This document shows, in pieces, positions 61,104 through 64,000 of a DNA stretch of 64,000 nucleotides (positions are counted from its first letter, which is position 1; each line of letters starts with the position of its first letter). The stretch spans positions 1,395,341 to 1,459,340 of the forward strand of contig CAJINV010000007.1 in assembly GCA_905178155.1 (NCBI GenBank), given 5' to 3'. Made by a program: the position numbers and the translations under genes. The notes under the pieces were generated by a model. The model was given only the letters and a program-made list of their open reading frames with translations. It made no database searches and had not been told where the DNA came from. Origin of the DNA: Amoebophrya sp. A120 (lineage: Eukaryota; Protista; Dinoflagellata).

Positions 61104-64000
61104 ATGATCAAGTCCGTGTCGCATGGCAAGGCCTCGAACAAGGCCGTGGAAGACCAAGACCAGCAGCGGGTGTACGATTTGCACCGCAAGAAAATTACCA
61201 ACGTGAAGTCCCGCATTTGCTCGAACTGGTCCGAACGGGAAGTGCAGAAGCTGCAGCCTTCCCTCCGGAACGCAAAGCGAGACCAGCTGCAGTCCGAGAA
61301 GCACTCGCAGATTGAGCGGGAAAATTTCAGGCTTTTGCAACGGTATAATAAGTAGTGTGTGATGAACAAGGGTGTGAATGTGTCGCGTGAAGTAGGTGCT
61401 CAATAAAATAACTCTTTGTTGTTGTTCATGATTCTGCATCGCTATCGCACACAGCTGTTTTTTCGTCGCTCGTAGTAGTTGTAAAAATCTGTTGTACATC
61501 AATCACGAAGCCATCGATGAAAACAAAAAACGAAAACACGCACGAAGGTTTATGGAAATTGATGGTGCCAAGCCCAAAACCACACGCGCTCCGAAGACGC
61601 ACTCGATGCCAGCCGCGAGGAGAGCGGAACTGGAACGGATAGAACGGGAGAACCAGGGGTTACTGAAACGGATCACGACGCAAAAATCGACGATTAACAC
61701 GAAAAAGATGGAATCAGAGCACGAGAACCAACAGCGAATCATGCGTTTGCGGTGTGTGGAGGCCGGGCGCTACAGAGGTCCAAACGCTGTCGGGGTGCCG
61801 GGGGCGAGGGGAGTTCCGGGTAGTTGATTTTTTTTTGCAGGAGGACTCTTATGCGAAAAGTACGTTCTCGTTTTCCTTTTCTTTTCGCAAATCTCAATTA
61901 GTTCTACGACCATAGTCAATGACACTTGTTCTAATGAAAAACTACATTTTGCTCTCGCCCATTTTTGATCTCCGCTACCTCCACGCTACCATGACCAGGT
62001 TCCGCGAGCAATCATGCCACCGCCCCGGGCCGGAAAAATCAAATGAAAATTGACGCGGACGCACATGAACTGGATAGTGATTACGAGGATGATTTCGAAC
62101 AGGAGGAGAATTACGACGAGCTCGATGCTGACGAAATGCAAAAGGTCCGCATTGACCAGCCGATTGACCGCCTGATCAATCGCGGCCGACTGTTTGAAGA
62201 AGCCGAAGATAATGAGGACGAAGATGATGAAACAGTAGATGTTGATGAAGCTGCTGCTCGTCCTGGTGTGAAACCAAATGAAGACCAAGACGGCCATGAT
62301 CAACAACATCTTCTTGAGCCGCACAGCACCGAAACGTCTGCACAGCACGATGTGAGTATGCAAGACGAGGAAATTCAATCAAATGTGGAGCAAGAAGATC
62401 ACCCAACGGACGTCGAAACCCTAACCGGAAGCACAACCACTCGTCCGGAGCTGCACAATATCAAAAGGAAAAATCCCCCCTCCCCATACCGAAAACGTGT
62501 CCGTCTGAAAATTTGCGATGCGCATTTGTGACCTCAAATCCTGTCTGTCTTGCAAGAAGGCAAGTCCAAAAAGCGTTCCGCATTTTTCAGGCGGTTTGTG
62601 ATGCTGTTTGGCTCAGAGCGTGCACGTTTGTCATGCTAGGCGCCTACGTCAAAACCGCTCGGCTGAGGCTTGGCATATGCCTGGAGTCCTCTACTGCAAG
62701 ACAAATCTGATTTGTGTATGGAAACCCAGCATCAGAAACTTCGTTTCGATATGGGGAGGGGGCATTTTTCCTCATGATACACAACGGCGCGGAATTCGTT
62801 CCCTCGGCCGGTAGTTCTAGTAAAAAAACCACACCTGCTGCAGGTCGTGGCGATAAAGCCGCGGGAACCAACATAATTGCCGCGATCGGCACGACGAGAA
62901 CTACGAGAGCCGGCGATGGGGGCGAGAAGAACAGTAGTACTCCTGCAGCTCCTTACGAAGACAATGACAACACTTTAAACGAAAATTACCCCGAAGATCA
63001 ACAACAAAACGAAAACTCCTGCTCCGAACAAGCCCGTTCCCGAAGTTATTCGACGACCGAAAATCTTCACAATAGCAGCTCTAGTACTACTGCAGCAGGA
63101 CCACCAGCAGTAGCCCAACTGTCCGCGAAACAGGAAAACAAGCGGCAGAGGTTTGAACTGGACAGAGCGCTGGCCCAGTTAGAAGAAGAGTTCGGCGATA
63201 GCATGGCGTCCAAGGTGAAAAACTTGAACAAACTACTGCCCGGATTGAATGGTGGTAATAGTAACAATGCTGACCATCGAATGTTGTCCGGAATTGCACC
63301 AGGTGGTCACAATAGATCAGGCCCCTCGTCGCGGACGGTAAGTAAGCAACGCCGCAACAGCCTGCCAAAAGCGCCAAGCAGCTACAGCTCCGCTGTAGAT
63401 AGGCGGGCGGCGGGGGTGTATAACACCAGCACCAACAAGTCCTCGGCGGGGGTTGCCACCGGGAATAAACTACAGGGTAGAAATCATGATCATAAGTACT
63501 AAATGTAAATGTGGATGTGATGGAATAAATAAAATCGAGATCATGCTTCGTGCTTGTGCGTTATTGGCACGACTTTCGACTTGATGTTCTCGACGAAGAT
63601 TCTTGCTTTCGCAACATGATGCTAGAAGAGATTTAATGTTCTGTTGCCTCGAATAAGAAAGAGTAAGAACCTCAATTCTTGTTTACTCCACAGCAACGCC
63701 ATCATCCGGTCTCCCCCCGCCGGCGAAGCAAGCACCGAAGCCGGACCAACATCCCCCCGCGGCCAAACCAGAAGTGACCACGGTTTTCGTTCCTGCCGGG
63801 TTCGGGCGGAGCGCGCAGTTGGTGAAGCAGAAGAAAACGGAGGCGACGTACGGCTACACGAAGCGGGCCCCTGTGAAGCCGGCGGAGGAAATTTTGAAGG
63901 AAGCCATTCTGATGGAGGAGAAGCGGAAGAGGGTCGGGAGTTTTGACACCAACGATTTGTCGCAAATCAAAACCGCGGCGAACCAGCACTACCAGGCGAC
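61104..64000 (+). CDS. CFAP97/KIAA1430 (Hemingway)-domain protein, multi-exon, running past the window end
   Basis: HRKKI..VKSRI...KRDQLQSEKHSQIERENFRLLQRF...RRAELERIERENQGLLKRI shows the doubled IEREN..LL pattern of this domain. It has three GT-AG introns and one inverted-repeat insert. Confidence 0.75.
62459..62779. mobile_element. Introner-like inverted-repeat intron, family B (321 bp, direct repeat CACAA)
   Basis: Ends TATCAAAAGGAAAAATCCCCCCTCCCCATACCGAAAACG and CGTTTCGATATGGGGAGGGGGCATTTTTCCTCATGATA. Removal gives ELHNGAEF in frame. The inverted repeat matches the insert at 9388. Confidence 0.9.

Noticed and set aside
1-64000. tRNA, rRNA or relic dinoflagellate spliced-leader sequences
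   Set aside because: None recognised by eye. tRNAscan-SE or Infernal would be needed to exclude them.

Overview
This is intron-containing eukaryotic DNA in which every credible gene lies on the + strand. The one-directional gene block, Ser/Thr-rich low-complexity proteins and non-canonical inverted-repeat introns suggest a syndinian dinoflagellate such as Amoebophrya (inference, no search run). Host genes: a PGPGxY-motif protein, a FAM192A/NIP30-like protein, a C-type lectin fused to a multi-pass membrane domain, an animal-FASN-like single-module type I FAS/PKS without a thioesterase, a NUDT6-like Nudix hydrolase, an FkbM-like methyltransferase, two large low-complexity/coiled-coil proteins, a membrane protein and a CFAP97-domain protein. 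Three things stand out. (1) An apparently intact 12.1-kb tyrosine-recombinase retrotransposon (22956-35086) has split direct repeats A1...B1-A2...B2, about six genes including three orphans, and 8-9 retained spliceosomal introns. (2) Ten TAT...ATA inverted-repeat inserts with 5-bp direct repeats interrupt coding exons; removing each restores the reading frame, yet none can be read as GT-AG. (3) The C-type lectin protein has a membrane domain resembling 7TM ion channels. GC-rich repeat blocks separate some genes. All exon models were derived by hand and lack transcript support.
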